Positions 8,438 through 17,500 of a stretch of 64,000 nucleotides of DNA are shown one piece after another (the first letter of the stretch is position 1; each line of letters starts with the position of its first letter). This stretch comes from a virus (Duplodnaviria; Caudoviricetes), in the IMG/VR virus record IMGVR_UViG_3300010051_000019, positions 1,090-65,089 of that record; one strand, 5' to 3'. Below the pieces are notes generated by a model. That model saw only the letters and a list, made by a program, of their open reading frames with translations, did no database searches and had not been told where the DNA came from. A program made the translations under genes and the position numbers.

Positions 8438-10510
8438 ATGTCATGTAAACCATGCGGTGTTAGATCAGCTATAACTGATGCGTCAGCACCATTACTCAAT
8501 AATTTCCAAGGTTCCCAATTTGCACCTCTACTAACTGGCTTGCTTCGTGCTCTTGACCAGGTAGAGATTAAGATGCGTAAAGAAGCACTAGATGTTTCTT
8601 GGAAACCATCACAATTCCCACAAGAAATTGTACCTTATGGTACTAATGCCAAGGGTACTCAAGTAGTTAGAAAAGCTACTCCTCTTTACTTTGAAGAGAA
8701 CGAGCCATTTGCTTATGATCTTCCTACAGGCGGTCCTGAAGGCGGGTTATGTGCAGGTCAATCTCTTTGTGGTGAGATGCCAGCTAACCAAGTTCCTGGG
8801 GATACTTATCAGACCTTTACCTTCAAAATGAAGACTACTGCGTTTGAAACTCCAGTATTTTGTTTGAAGGATCTTCTACACAGATACGAAAACGGACCTG
8901 AGTATCTTCGTGAGTTCTTAGGTAACGTAGAACGTATTCCGTTCCAATTCTATGACAACTATATTCGTAATGAGCTATGGGAAATCGGTGAGAAGTATCT
9001 TCTTTCTGCTACTAACTATGGCCTTTTGTGGAATAGCCCTGACCGTGTAAGCCGAAGAGTATCTCCTAATATTAAAGATTTTAGGTTGATGCACCCATCT
9101 GCTGGTTTGGCTGATGTTGCTACTCCTAAGCTAGCTGCCATCCAACAACTTAGATACATCCTAGATGATTTCATGGGTGAGAGCGTATCTAACTTTAAGG
9201 TTGGCGAGCAACCAGCATGTATGATGGTTGGTACTGAGCCAGATGTTTATGGCTTTGCCTACAATGATACTGACGTACCTCCTTCTGCTTGGGCATCTGG
9301 TGGTATGGGCTTTAACATGTTTACCTACAAGCTAGTTGAAAAACTACCTTTTGCTTTCAAGCAAGAGAAGCTTTGGTTCCGTGGTGACTTTGATGCTGTT
9401 AGTGGAGAGTTTTACAGAATACCTGCTAAGGTTTATGTAGATCAAAATGGTGGCCGTGATCTTAGAACTAATCCAGCTTGGCTTACTGCTAAGTATGGTG
9501 TTCTTACTTTCATGACTGCTAGACCTCTTGTTTACAAGCGGTTTGCATCTCTACCAGCATTTGATTCAAAGGTTCCTAAAGAATCAATCAAGTTCCTGGC
9601 TCCTCGATTCCAATTCGCTCCTCTTATGGAGAAGTGTAGTTATACACGAGGACTTGTAGCTTGGAGAGCTGAAGACGAGTTTGGTTTTGCTCCTACCGGA
9701 GAAAAAGTCATTCACGTTATTTATAGACGAGATGAGCTAGGTGCATACCTTAGAGAAGCTAAAGCAGGTGAGTGTATCGAAACTATAACTACATGTGTGG
9801 CTGATATCCCCACTACTTGTGCTACTCCTTCTGTTGTATCTTGTTGTAGAACTGCTGGAGCTGTTATCTCAGCTACAGATTACAGAGATACTGCATACAC
9901 AGTAGAGTACGATGGTGATATTGCTGCTGAAATGGGCTGGGATCTGGAGGCTCTACCTCTAGCAGCTAGTTTCGCTACAATTAAGGGTACATTTGATGTA
10001 TTGATTGTGAACGTAAATAGTGGTGGAAACATTGTTACTATGTACGTAGACCCTGCTCAACATACTGGTGGACACTTCTGTTGTACAGATCAACTACTAG
10101 GTTTTACTGCTTGTGCGGTAGTTCCTCAGTGTTCTGTCCTAGTAGAAGGTGGTTTACGGCCTGATCCTTGGGTTAATAACCACTTCCATGCATTAATGAG
10201 TTCAGCTCTTGATACTGCTGCCGATGCTGTAGTTACCTTATTCTTGGATAACGGTTGTGGATTGATGGGATCTGTAGCTGCTACAGTTGTAAGCATTGAT
10301 AACGGTTCAAGGAAGATTAAGCTATCTGTTGTAGCTGCTAATTATCCTGACGGCCTAGCTTGCTCTGATGTGGTTGCAATATGTGCAAGTGCTACAGTGG
10401 GTTGTGGAGATTGTCTACCACCTAGTGCTTCAGAGTGTACTCCTACTGAGGATATAACTCCGATTGACTTGTGTGTACCGATCGAAGAAGAAGCCCCAGA
10501 AGGACCTTAG
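8438..10510 (+). CDS. Major capsid protein with Cys-rich C-terminal extension
   Basis: Follows scaffold; GGAGG RBS; strongly biased codons; core TTAFETPVFCLKDL...FYDNYIRN resembles a family of environmental podovirus capsid proteins; flanked by promoter and hairpin. Confidence 0.75.
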   Translation: MSCKPCGVRSAITDASAPLLNNFQGSQFAPLLTGLLRALDQVEIKMRKEALDVSWKPSQFPQEIVPYGTNAKGTQVVRKATPLYFEENEPFAYDLPTGGPEGGLCAGQSLCGEMPANQVPGDTYQTFTFKMKTTAFETPVFCLKDLLHRYENGPEYLREFLGNVERIPFQFYDNYIRNELWEIGEKYLLSATNYGLLWNSPDRVSRRVSPNIKDFRLMHPSAGLADVATPKLAAIQQLRYILDDFMGESVSNFKVGEQPACMMVGTEPDVYGFAYNDTDVPPSAWASGGMGFNMFTYKLVEKLPFAFKQEKLWFRGDFDAVSGEFYRIPAKVYVDQNGGRDLRTNPAWLTAKYGVLTFMTARPLVYKRFASLPAFDSKVPKESIKFLAPRFQFAPLMEKCSYTRGLVAWRAEDEFGFAPTGEKVIHVIYRRDELGAYLREAKAGECIETITTCVADIPTTCATPSVVSCCRTAGAVISATDYRDTAYTVEYDGDIAAEMGWDLEALPLAASFATIKGTFDVLIVNVNSGGNIVTMYVDPAQHTGGHFCCTDQLLGFTACAVVPQCSVLVEGGLRPDPWVNNHFHALMSSALDTAADAVVTLFLDNGCGLMGSVAATVVSIDNGSRKIKLSVVAANYPDGLACSDVVAICASATVGCGDCLPPSASECTPTEDITPIDLCVPIEEEAPEGP

Positions 10511-10528
10511 TAGGTAGTCTGGAATCTG

Positions 10529-10556
10529 TAGAAGGGAGGACCCCCACTTCCTTCTA
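10529..10556 (+). terminator. Hairpin after capsid gene (possible terminator or stabiliser)
   Basis: TAGAAGGGAG / CTTCCTTCTA 10-bp stem; no strong U-tract. Confidence 0.4.
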
Positions 10557-10592
10557 ACAGTAGATTTAATCTATAAGTAGGTATCTTCTAGT

Positions 10593-11645
10593 ATGAAAAC
10601 CCTTAGTATATCCCTAACAAAGTATCCAGGATGCCATAATATAGGGGATAAAGTTCTTATCAAATTAAAGACAGCTAACGAGTCTGTGGCTGTTTGTAGT
10701 TCTGGTTTTGTGTATGCCGAAGTAAAGCAATTTAAACAAATTGCTGTCGGTACTTACATGAAGAAAATCAAAGCTTACGACACTTGTAAAGGTGCTTACG
10801 TAACTTTAGATCAAAGAGTAACTCAATATAAATACGAATACATTTTAGAGTACGACGATGCTACTCAAGTATCTCCTGCTGGCACGCAACTTATGTGTGA
10901 CTGGGTAGATAGTATTTGTTGTGTGTCTTGTGCAGAGCAAGTTATTTTTGACATGCTTGGTGGACCTTGTGCGGATTTAGCTGGAGGTATTGCTGGCCCT
11001 GCTGGCCCAACTGGTGCTACAGGACCTGCCGGAGCAACTGGACCTCAGGGTTTACAAGGATTAACTGGTCCTGCTGGACCTCCAGGTATTCAAGGACCTC
11101 CTGGACCTGGTGGAGAGGGGGAGTTAGATGTTTGTGATTATGCTTTAGGGGTATGGGGCGAAGGGCAGTACGACTATGCTAGTACAGCAGATCAAGGTAT
11201 GCCTATCTATTGTTACAATGGTGCATTGTACGGACCTCCTAAAGTATTTGCCGGAACTGGCGGTGGCGGTGGAATAGGTACTAGTGAAAATCCACCAGTA
11301 ATGACTACTGCTGTTTTTAATAGTTCTGCTGCAAGGCCTCTTCATATTCACTACGAATATCAGATAGCTATTAATTATGGTGCTTTTGGTAATGCTCTTG
11401 GTGGGCCATTTTTGTGGCTGGCTCTTGATGGAGGAGCATCTAACCCGATAGCTCAGATGGTTGCTGGTACAGATCCTGCCCATATTGTCGGCGGTACTTT
11501 TGTATCGAATGGTCAAGCATCAGTTACTATACCTCCTTCAGGAATATTTAATTTGTCCGTTGACTACAATATAGTGAAACCTCATCCGGGAATTTCTATT
11601 TATTCATGGGCACAGAGTTACTCAGTATTTGCGGTGATGATTTAA
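10593..11645 (+). CDS. Collagen-repeat fibre/decoration protein
   Basis: About 14 G-X-Y triplets (GPAGPTGATGPAG...) between a Cys-containing N-domain and a beta-rich C-domain. Confidence 0.8.
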   Translation: MKTLSISLTKYPGCHNIGDKVLIKLKTANESVAVCSSGFVYAEVKQFKQIAVGTYMKKIKAYDTCKGAYVTLDQRVTQYKYEYILEYDDATQVSPAGTQLMCDWVDSICCVSCAEQVIFDMLGGPCADLAGGIAGPAGPTGATGPAGATGPQGLQGLTGPAGPPGIQGPPGPGGEGELDVCDYALGVWGEGQYDYASTADQGMPIYCYNGALYGPPKVFAGTGGGGGIGTSENPPVMTTAVFNSSAARPLHIHYEYQIAINYGAFGNALGGPFLWLALDGGASNPIAQMVAGTDPAHIVGGTFVSNGQASVTIPPSGIFNLSVDYNIVKPHPGISIYSWAQSYSVFAVMI

Positions 11646-11647
11646 TT

Positions 11648-12001
11648 ATGCATATCAAAAAAGTTACTGACGACATATTGCGGGTAGTGAGGTTGTTTAG
11701 GAACGGGGAGCAGTTTGTTGTTGAATCAGCTAATTTTTCTTTAGTTACTGATATAGATGAATCTAAAGTAGATTCTTATACAGTGTTTGATGGTGTAGAT
11801 GGATTTTGGAGGCCCTTTAATATCACTAACCCGATAGCAGATGCCACTAATTTATTGACTGGGGATTATTATCAATCTCCTATCCCTAATACCCATGAGC
11901 AAGTGTCAGTTAGTTTGGTGAGAGAAGTTTTGGCTACAGATACATATAAGCCAGATATAGCACATAGAATGAAAATGATTTTAGATGACTTAGGTATATA
12001 A
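11648..12001 (+). CDS. Hypothetical virion-module protein
   Basis: ATG at 11648 directly follows the upstream stop (ORF track starts at 11606). Confidence 0.65.
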   Translation: MHIKKVTDDILRVVRLFRNGEQFVVESANFSLVTDIDESKVDSYTVFDGVDGFWRPFNITNPIADATNLLTGDYYQSPIPNTHEQVSVSLVREVLATDTYKPDIAHRMKMILDDLGI

Positions 12002-12003
12002 CT

Positions 12004-12894
12004 ATGAGTAATGAATGGGTTAAAGTAGGAGATCCTTGTAACTCGTCTTGCTCTGGATCAAATTCAACATCTGCTGGGATAGTTAATGTTAGTGAAACTA
12101 TAACTGCTTGTGGAAGAGCAGTTACCTTTAGTGGATCTAATACAGTCACTGTTAATCTAAACGACAAGAAATTAGTTACTGAACCTGGTCACTTATTAGG
12201 AGCTGTCGGTAGTATTGTAGCCCTAAAGCCTGGATCTCCTGCTGGAACTTATGATCTAGCTCAAGCTAATGTTCCTTTAAATATAGCTACTCATATTGGG
12301 TATGTAATTTCTGCTACTCAATATGTATTACTGGCTCCTGGATTCTATACTTTCCCTAATCACGGATACACTGTAGGTGCTCATTATACGGTATCAGCAA
12401 CTGTACCCGGAGCTTTTTCCTTAACAGTAGATGCGTTACCATCTCACTATTTACAAAATGCATTTCATGTAGAATCTGCTGATTGTATTTTTGTAAACTT
12501 GCAGGAAGCAATTACTCCTTCTAATGAGTGCTGCACTACAATAACTCAAGTAGCTCATGGATTTTCTGTAGGGGATATAGTTCATTCTAATACAGGTATC
12601 TGGGAGTTAGCAGTAGCAGACTCTCCAGGAGCTATTATGGTAACTGAAGTACATGATGCGAATACTTTTAAAGTAGGTCATGTAACGTGCTTAACTGGCT
12701 TCGAAGGTATCGAGGCAGGGCAATCTTATGTAGTGAGTCCAGATGTACCTGGAGCCATCGTTAATGTTGATACACTTAGTTATGACGCAAGTAATGCATA
12801 TAGGCCAGTAGGTACTGGTATAATAGCAGGATGCTTAGTAGTGAATATGTCTCCATCATTTCATTATTTAGGGGCCTATGCTGATCTTGTATGA
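12004..12894 (+). CDS. Structural protein with two capsid-cement/spike-like domains
   Basis: Two related ~75-aa segments (G.IV....A.A....G..Y.VS..VPGA), similar to the C-domains of 22206 and 22893. Confidence 0.65.
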   Translation: MSNEWVKVGDPCNSSCSGSNSTSAGIVNVSETITACGRAVTFSGSNTVTVNLNDKKLVTEPGHLLGAVGSIVALKPGSPAGTYDLAQANVPLNIATHIGYVISATQYVLLAPGFYTFPNHGYTVGAHYTVSATVPGAFSLTVDALPSHYLQNAFHVESADCIFVNLQEAITPSNECCTTITQVAHGFSVGDIVHSNTGIWELAVADSPGAIMVTEVHDANTFKVGHVTCLTGFEGIEAGQSYVVSPDVPGAIVNVDTLSYDASNAYRPVGTGIIAGCLVVNMSPSFHYLGAYADLV

Positions 12895-13097
12895 TAAAAT
12901 ATATTATATCGTGGAACGAGGTTAAGGGCCAAGTAACTAATGTATATAGTAGATGTGTACGAAGTAAGCATGCATGCGAAGCTTTAGAATTGTTTTTGAA
13001 GAATGTTGATGCTCCTGAAGAGATAATAGCTCTTAGCATTGAGAGAATGGATAAAGTAGAAGAGAGAAGTGCTATCACCCTAAATAGTGTACATTAG
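12891..13097 (+). CDS. Hypothetical protein
   Basis: 68 aa, ATGA overlap with upstream gene. Confidence 0.55.
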   Translation: MIKYIISWNEVKGQVTNVYSRCVRSKHACEALELFLKNVDAPEEIIALSIERMDKVEERSAITLNSVH

Positions 13098-13109
13098 GGT
13101 ATTAGCAGT

Positions 13110-13480
13110 CCTCTATAGAGGTTTTCGTACAAAGTGGGATCGAGGAAAGGAACGCAACTCGCAACTGTTGATGCTAGGAAGCTGATACACAAAATGTTCC
13201 GAGCCTCCTCCCACGTCGGTCAACGTGAAAGGGTTTTACTATGGGAAGGAATGTAGAGAATGCAGATTTGGTTGATGCCAAAGCTATTACGCTACGTATT
13301 CCTACTGTTTCTGGAGGGGAGATCCCTGTTGGAGCAGTTATATCAGGAAGAAGGTTGTTATTACTTGTGGATGAATTTCCGCTACAGTCATGGTGCAGGG
13401 CGCACGCAAGTGACTTGTTACAAGCGGTAGTCGAAACAGGTAATCCTGTGAAAGAGCTTAGGATTTATTCCGACACTCAT
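13110..13480 (+). ncRNA. Candidate structured non-coding RNA (~370 nt), family not recognised
   Basis: 47-55% GC in three 60-nt lines counted, versus roughly 38% genome; at least six hand-folded stems (see findings). Strand inferred from neighbours. Confidence 0.5.
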
Positions 13481-13495
13481 AAATAGGAGGTTATC

Positions 13496-13801
13496 GTGCG
13501 TAGACGAAAAAGAAGTACGAGTAAGCAGCGATTGACCTTGGCTAAGAAGAGACGAGGGTACGAACGAAGATCGTATCTAATAGAATTAGCTGGAGGGAAA
13601 TGTTGTTTATGTGGTTTTGGGGAAAGGTATGCATTGGAATTTCATCACGTTGAGAAGAAAAGATTTACTTTATCTTCAAACGTTCTTGGAATGATAGCTG
13701 ATGAGAAGCTGATTTTATCAGAGTTTCAGCGGTGTGTGTTGTTGTGCAGTAACTGTCATAAGGGTATTCATCATGGCAGTCTTACACTAGAAGGGGGGTG
13801 A
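13496..13801 (+). CDS. Small HNH endonuclease
   Basis: GGKCCLCG...LEFHH...C.LLCSNCHKGIH; AGGAGG RBS with GTG start. Confidence 0.9.
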   Translation: MRRRKRSTSKQRLTLAKKRRGYERRSYLIELAGGKCCLCGFGERYALEFHHVEKKRFTLSSNVLGMIADEKLILSEFQRCVLLCSNCHKGIHHGSLTLEGG

Positions 13802-13860
13802 TCTCATCTACCTAGCATGATGCCGAAGGTTAAGAGTCATGAGGACTCATTAATAATGCT

Positions 13861-14175
13861 TTGGAGGGGGTCTTGAAGAAAAATGAAATCATTGACAGAA
13901 TATTTACTGGTTTGTTTCTTCTTGTTATCAGTGCTTTGGGTGTTGCATACCGTTCAGAGCTATCTAACATTAAGGAGTCGATCCAGGCAGTCGATAACAA
14001 AGTATCAGAAACTAAAACACTTATACGAGAAGACTCTAAGGAGTTTAACAGTACTATCAAACAAGAATTTGAACGAGTCAGGGAGAACGCAAGAGTTCTC
14101 GAAGAACGGATCAGACATCTCGAACGAAGTTCAGATAGGGAGAGCTTTAGGGATAGTGGTAATACCAGAAAATAA
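13861..14175 (+). CDS. Single-TM coiled-coil membrane protein (lysis-associated, holin/antiholin-like)
   Basis: TM segment IFTGLFLLVISALGVAY followed by coiled coil; likely TTG start at 13873 after GGAGG. Confidence 0.6.
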   Translation: MEGVLKKNEIIDRIFTGLFLLVISALGVAYRSELSNIKESIQAVDNKVSETKTLIREDSKEFNSTIKQEFERVRENARVLEERIRHLERSSDRESFRDSGNTRK

Positions 14176-14190
14176 CAGTAAGAACATAGT

Positions 14191-14526
14191 ATGATAGACA
14201 AATTAAAAAACTATTTTTTAGATATAATTGTGGTTAGGTACTTATCTGATTTCTTAAAGAGATTGGACGGGTATAAGACTCTATTAGGGTTTGTACTTAC
14301 TGTAGTCCAGGTTCTAGCAGAGATGCTTACTTCTCCAGAATCAATGGGGGTTTTTGCTGTACTTATAAAGGTATTATCGAATGTAGCTCAGGGGCAGCTA
14401 GATGCTTCCGATGTTACTATAGTAGCTACCAGTCTTTTGACATTGTGGGGAGTTATTAAGAAGGTATATAAGAATCGTAAGGGAATACCACAGGTTCCTA
14501 CTATAGTGATTGATAAGGAAGTGTAA
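14191..14526 (+). CDS. Putative holin
   Basis: 111 aa, 2-3 TM segments, LDGYKT motif, basic C-terminal tail. Confidence 0.6.
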   Translation: MIDKLKNYFLDIIVVRYLSDFLKRLDGYKTLLGFVLTVVQVLAEMLTSPESMGVFAVLIKVLSNVAQGQLDASDVTIVATSLLTLWGVIKKVYKNRKGIPQVPTIVIDKEV

Positions 14527-14529
14527 TCT

Positions 14530-17500
14530 ATGTTCTTTAATGAAAGAGATTACATACGGGGGGAGCACTGGTCAGGCCCCCCTGTTATACAAATAGGATG
14601 GTTGGTTAAATATCTCTTTAAGAAATTATCTTCTCTGTTTCTATTACTGATATTTTTAAACTCAGTAGCTATATCTCAATCTATAGATACTCCTATAATG
14701 GCTGGTAGTAATTCTCTACCATCTACATCTACAGTTAACTATTCTCATCCTTTTGGTAATCTACTTACTTGGAACGTTACAGAAAATAATCAGAGATCTG
14801 TAATAGCAGTTGATGGAACGTCCTCTAACTTTTATGCAAATGTAGCTACTGCTCCTGGAGCAGGTACTTCTTGGGCATTTACTCTAGTTAAAAATGGGGT
14901 GGATACAGCTATTACTTGTACGATAGCAGATGCAGCTACAAGCTGTTCTGATTTAGTTAATACTGTAGCACTAGCTCCTGGAGATACTTATTCAGTAAAA
15001 TCTGCTCCTACTGGTACACCTGCTGCTCCTGTACAGATATATTTTGGATGGGTATTCTCTTCTACAGCAACTAACGAAAGTATTTTATTGGGTGCTAATA
15101 GAAGTACTGGATTACCTACTGCTAGCGTGCAGTACGGAGCTTTTTCTGGAGCGAGTACTCCTAACTCTACACTTAATTTAAGGGACTCAGTTATACCGAC
15201 TGATGGAACTGCTAGTGATTTGTATGTGGAGCTAAATAGTGCTCCAGGTACAGGTGGGGATGCCCATCAAATAAGACTACTAAAAAACGGAGTAGCTACA
15301 GGATTAACTTGTACTATAACTGATTCAGCAACTACTTGTAACGATACTTTAAATTCTGTGTCGTTTGTTGTTGGAGATTTAGTGGCTATGGAGTTCACTC
15401 CTTCAGGCCCATCTCCTAATGCTTCTTTTGCTAGATGGTCTATGAAATGGGTATCGGATACTGTTGGAGAATCTATACTATCTTATTCTTCAGGAAGTAA
15501 CCTCAATAACGGAGGATCTGTTAGATATGCTCCTCCTGGAGGAACTTCGAATACTTGGCAATCAGTGGAAGATAATGTCCAGGTATTAGTGCCTGGTACT
15601 TTTTGGCTTAAAGATTTTACTACTGTTCTAAATGACGTTCCCGGAGTAGCAGCTTCTTACACATTTAATACCAGAATTAATAGTGATGATGGTAGTATAA
15701 CAACTACACTTTCTGATAGCGATACTAACGAAAGTGATTTAGTTAATTTTGATAACCTTATTGCAGGGGATAAATTAGCTATATCATCCTTATCTTCTGG
15801 GTTTGCTAATGTAACTCAAGCTAAGTGGGGTATTGTTGTTGGGGATAGTGCTGTATTACCTCCTCCCCCATCTAGCCCTACCCCAACTCCTACTCCTGTA
15901 GTTAGCCCTACCCCAACCCCTACTCCAGGATCAGTTCTTTTAAAGACTCCTATAATGGCAGGAGGTAAAACAGTACCTCCTACAAATTCTACCAATTACT
16001 CTCCTCCGTTTGGTAATCTATTATATTGGGGTGCTACAGAGAATAACCAAAGGGGAGTTATAGCTACCTTTGGTAATGCATCTGATTTCCATGTAGATCT
16101 ACCAGTAGCTCCTGGAGCAGGAAAGTCATGGGTATTTACTTTAGTTAAGAATGGTGTGGATACAGGTCTTACTTGTACTATAGCTGATACTGCACAGCTA
16201 TGTTCGGATACAAGTACAGTTGTAAATCTACTTCCTGGAGATACTGTATCTATAAAGGCAGTTCCTTCAGGGCTTCCTACCCCATTACCGCAAATATTTT
16301 TTGGTTGGATCTTTGAATCTATCGTAGATAATGAAAGCGTTTTATTAGGTACTAATAGGAATGCTACATTATCTCCAACAACTGTTCAGTATGGGGTTAT
16401 ATCAGGAGCTAGTAGCCCTAATGCTTCATTAGAGTTACGTGAGTCAGTAATACCGGCAGATGGTATAATAAGTAATTTGTATGTGGAGCTAAATATTGCT
16501 CCTAGTTCTGGAGATGCCTATCAATTTACATTAATAAAAAATGGATCTCCTACTAGCTTAACATGCACAATATCTGGTTCAGCCACAACCTGTAATGATG
16601 TTGCTAATAATATTATATTTGCTCCTGGAGATACTGCTGCAATAGAGTTTACTCCGTCAGGATCAGCCCCGACATCTCCTTTTGCTAGATGGTCTATGAA
16701 GTGGGTGTCAGATAATGATGGAGAATCTATATTATCGTATTCTTCTGGCGGTAATATGAATACTTCTGGAGTAGTTAGATATGCTCCTCCTGGAGGTACT
16801 TCGAATACTTGGCAGTCTATAGACGCTAATGGACAAGTACTAGTTCCTGGATCGTTTTGGTTTAAGGATTTCACAGCAGAGCTTACTACTCCTCCTGGAG
16901 CAGGAGCTACTTATACATTTAATACACGAGTTAATGCTGTGGGTACTGGGATAACTACTGTTATAGCAGGTAGCGATACTACTGGTAGTAACTTAGTAAC
17001 TAATAGAAGTGCTGTAGCTGGGGATAAACTAACTATAACTTCTAAATCTTCTGGGATAGTTAATGTTAGTCAAGCTAAGTGGGGTCTTGTAGTAGTAGAT
17101 ACTGCTATAGAGGCAGTTCCTATTCCTACTCCTTTACCTTCTCCTTCTCCATACCCTACTCCTACTACAGGCCCGACTATTAACTATGCTTGTACTAAAG
17201 TAACTAATACTAATAATTCAGGGCCTGGATCTTTACGAGAATGTTTAGAATCTCCTAATTCTAATCTATGTGTATTTGAAATATCTGGAAGAATAGCTTT
17301 ATTAAAAGATATAAGAGTTAAAGCTAATAAAATTCTAGCTTGCCAGACAGCTCCTGCATCTGGAGCAATGATAACTAATGGAGGTCTTTTTATAGAAGGA
17401 TCTAATGTTAGAGTGGAGCATTGCGAGCTAAGGGCAGGGGATGAGGAAGTAGGTACTAATTTTGATCAAAGAAGGTCTGTAACTGTATATGCTCAATCTG

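Noticed and set aside
13241-13486. 81-aa ORF as a confident CDS
   Set aside because: Weak RBS, no motif, atypical GC, and it overlaps the hairpin-rich segment. Not excluded, but not supported.
13110-13801. IscB/HEARO (OMEGA) system or group I intron
   Set aside because: The HNH is only 101 aa with no PLMP or RuvC motifs; no convincing group I P7 core and no interrupted host gene. Kept only as an unclassified RNA plus HNH candidate.
14686-17100. Diversity-generating retroelement TR/VR pair
   Set aside because: The two copies differ at all four bases, both lie in one ORF, and no reverse transcriptase is present.
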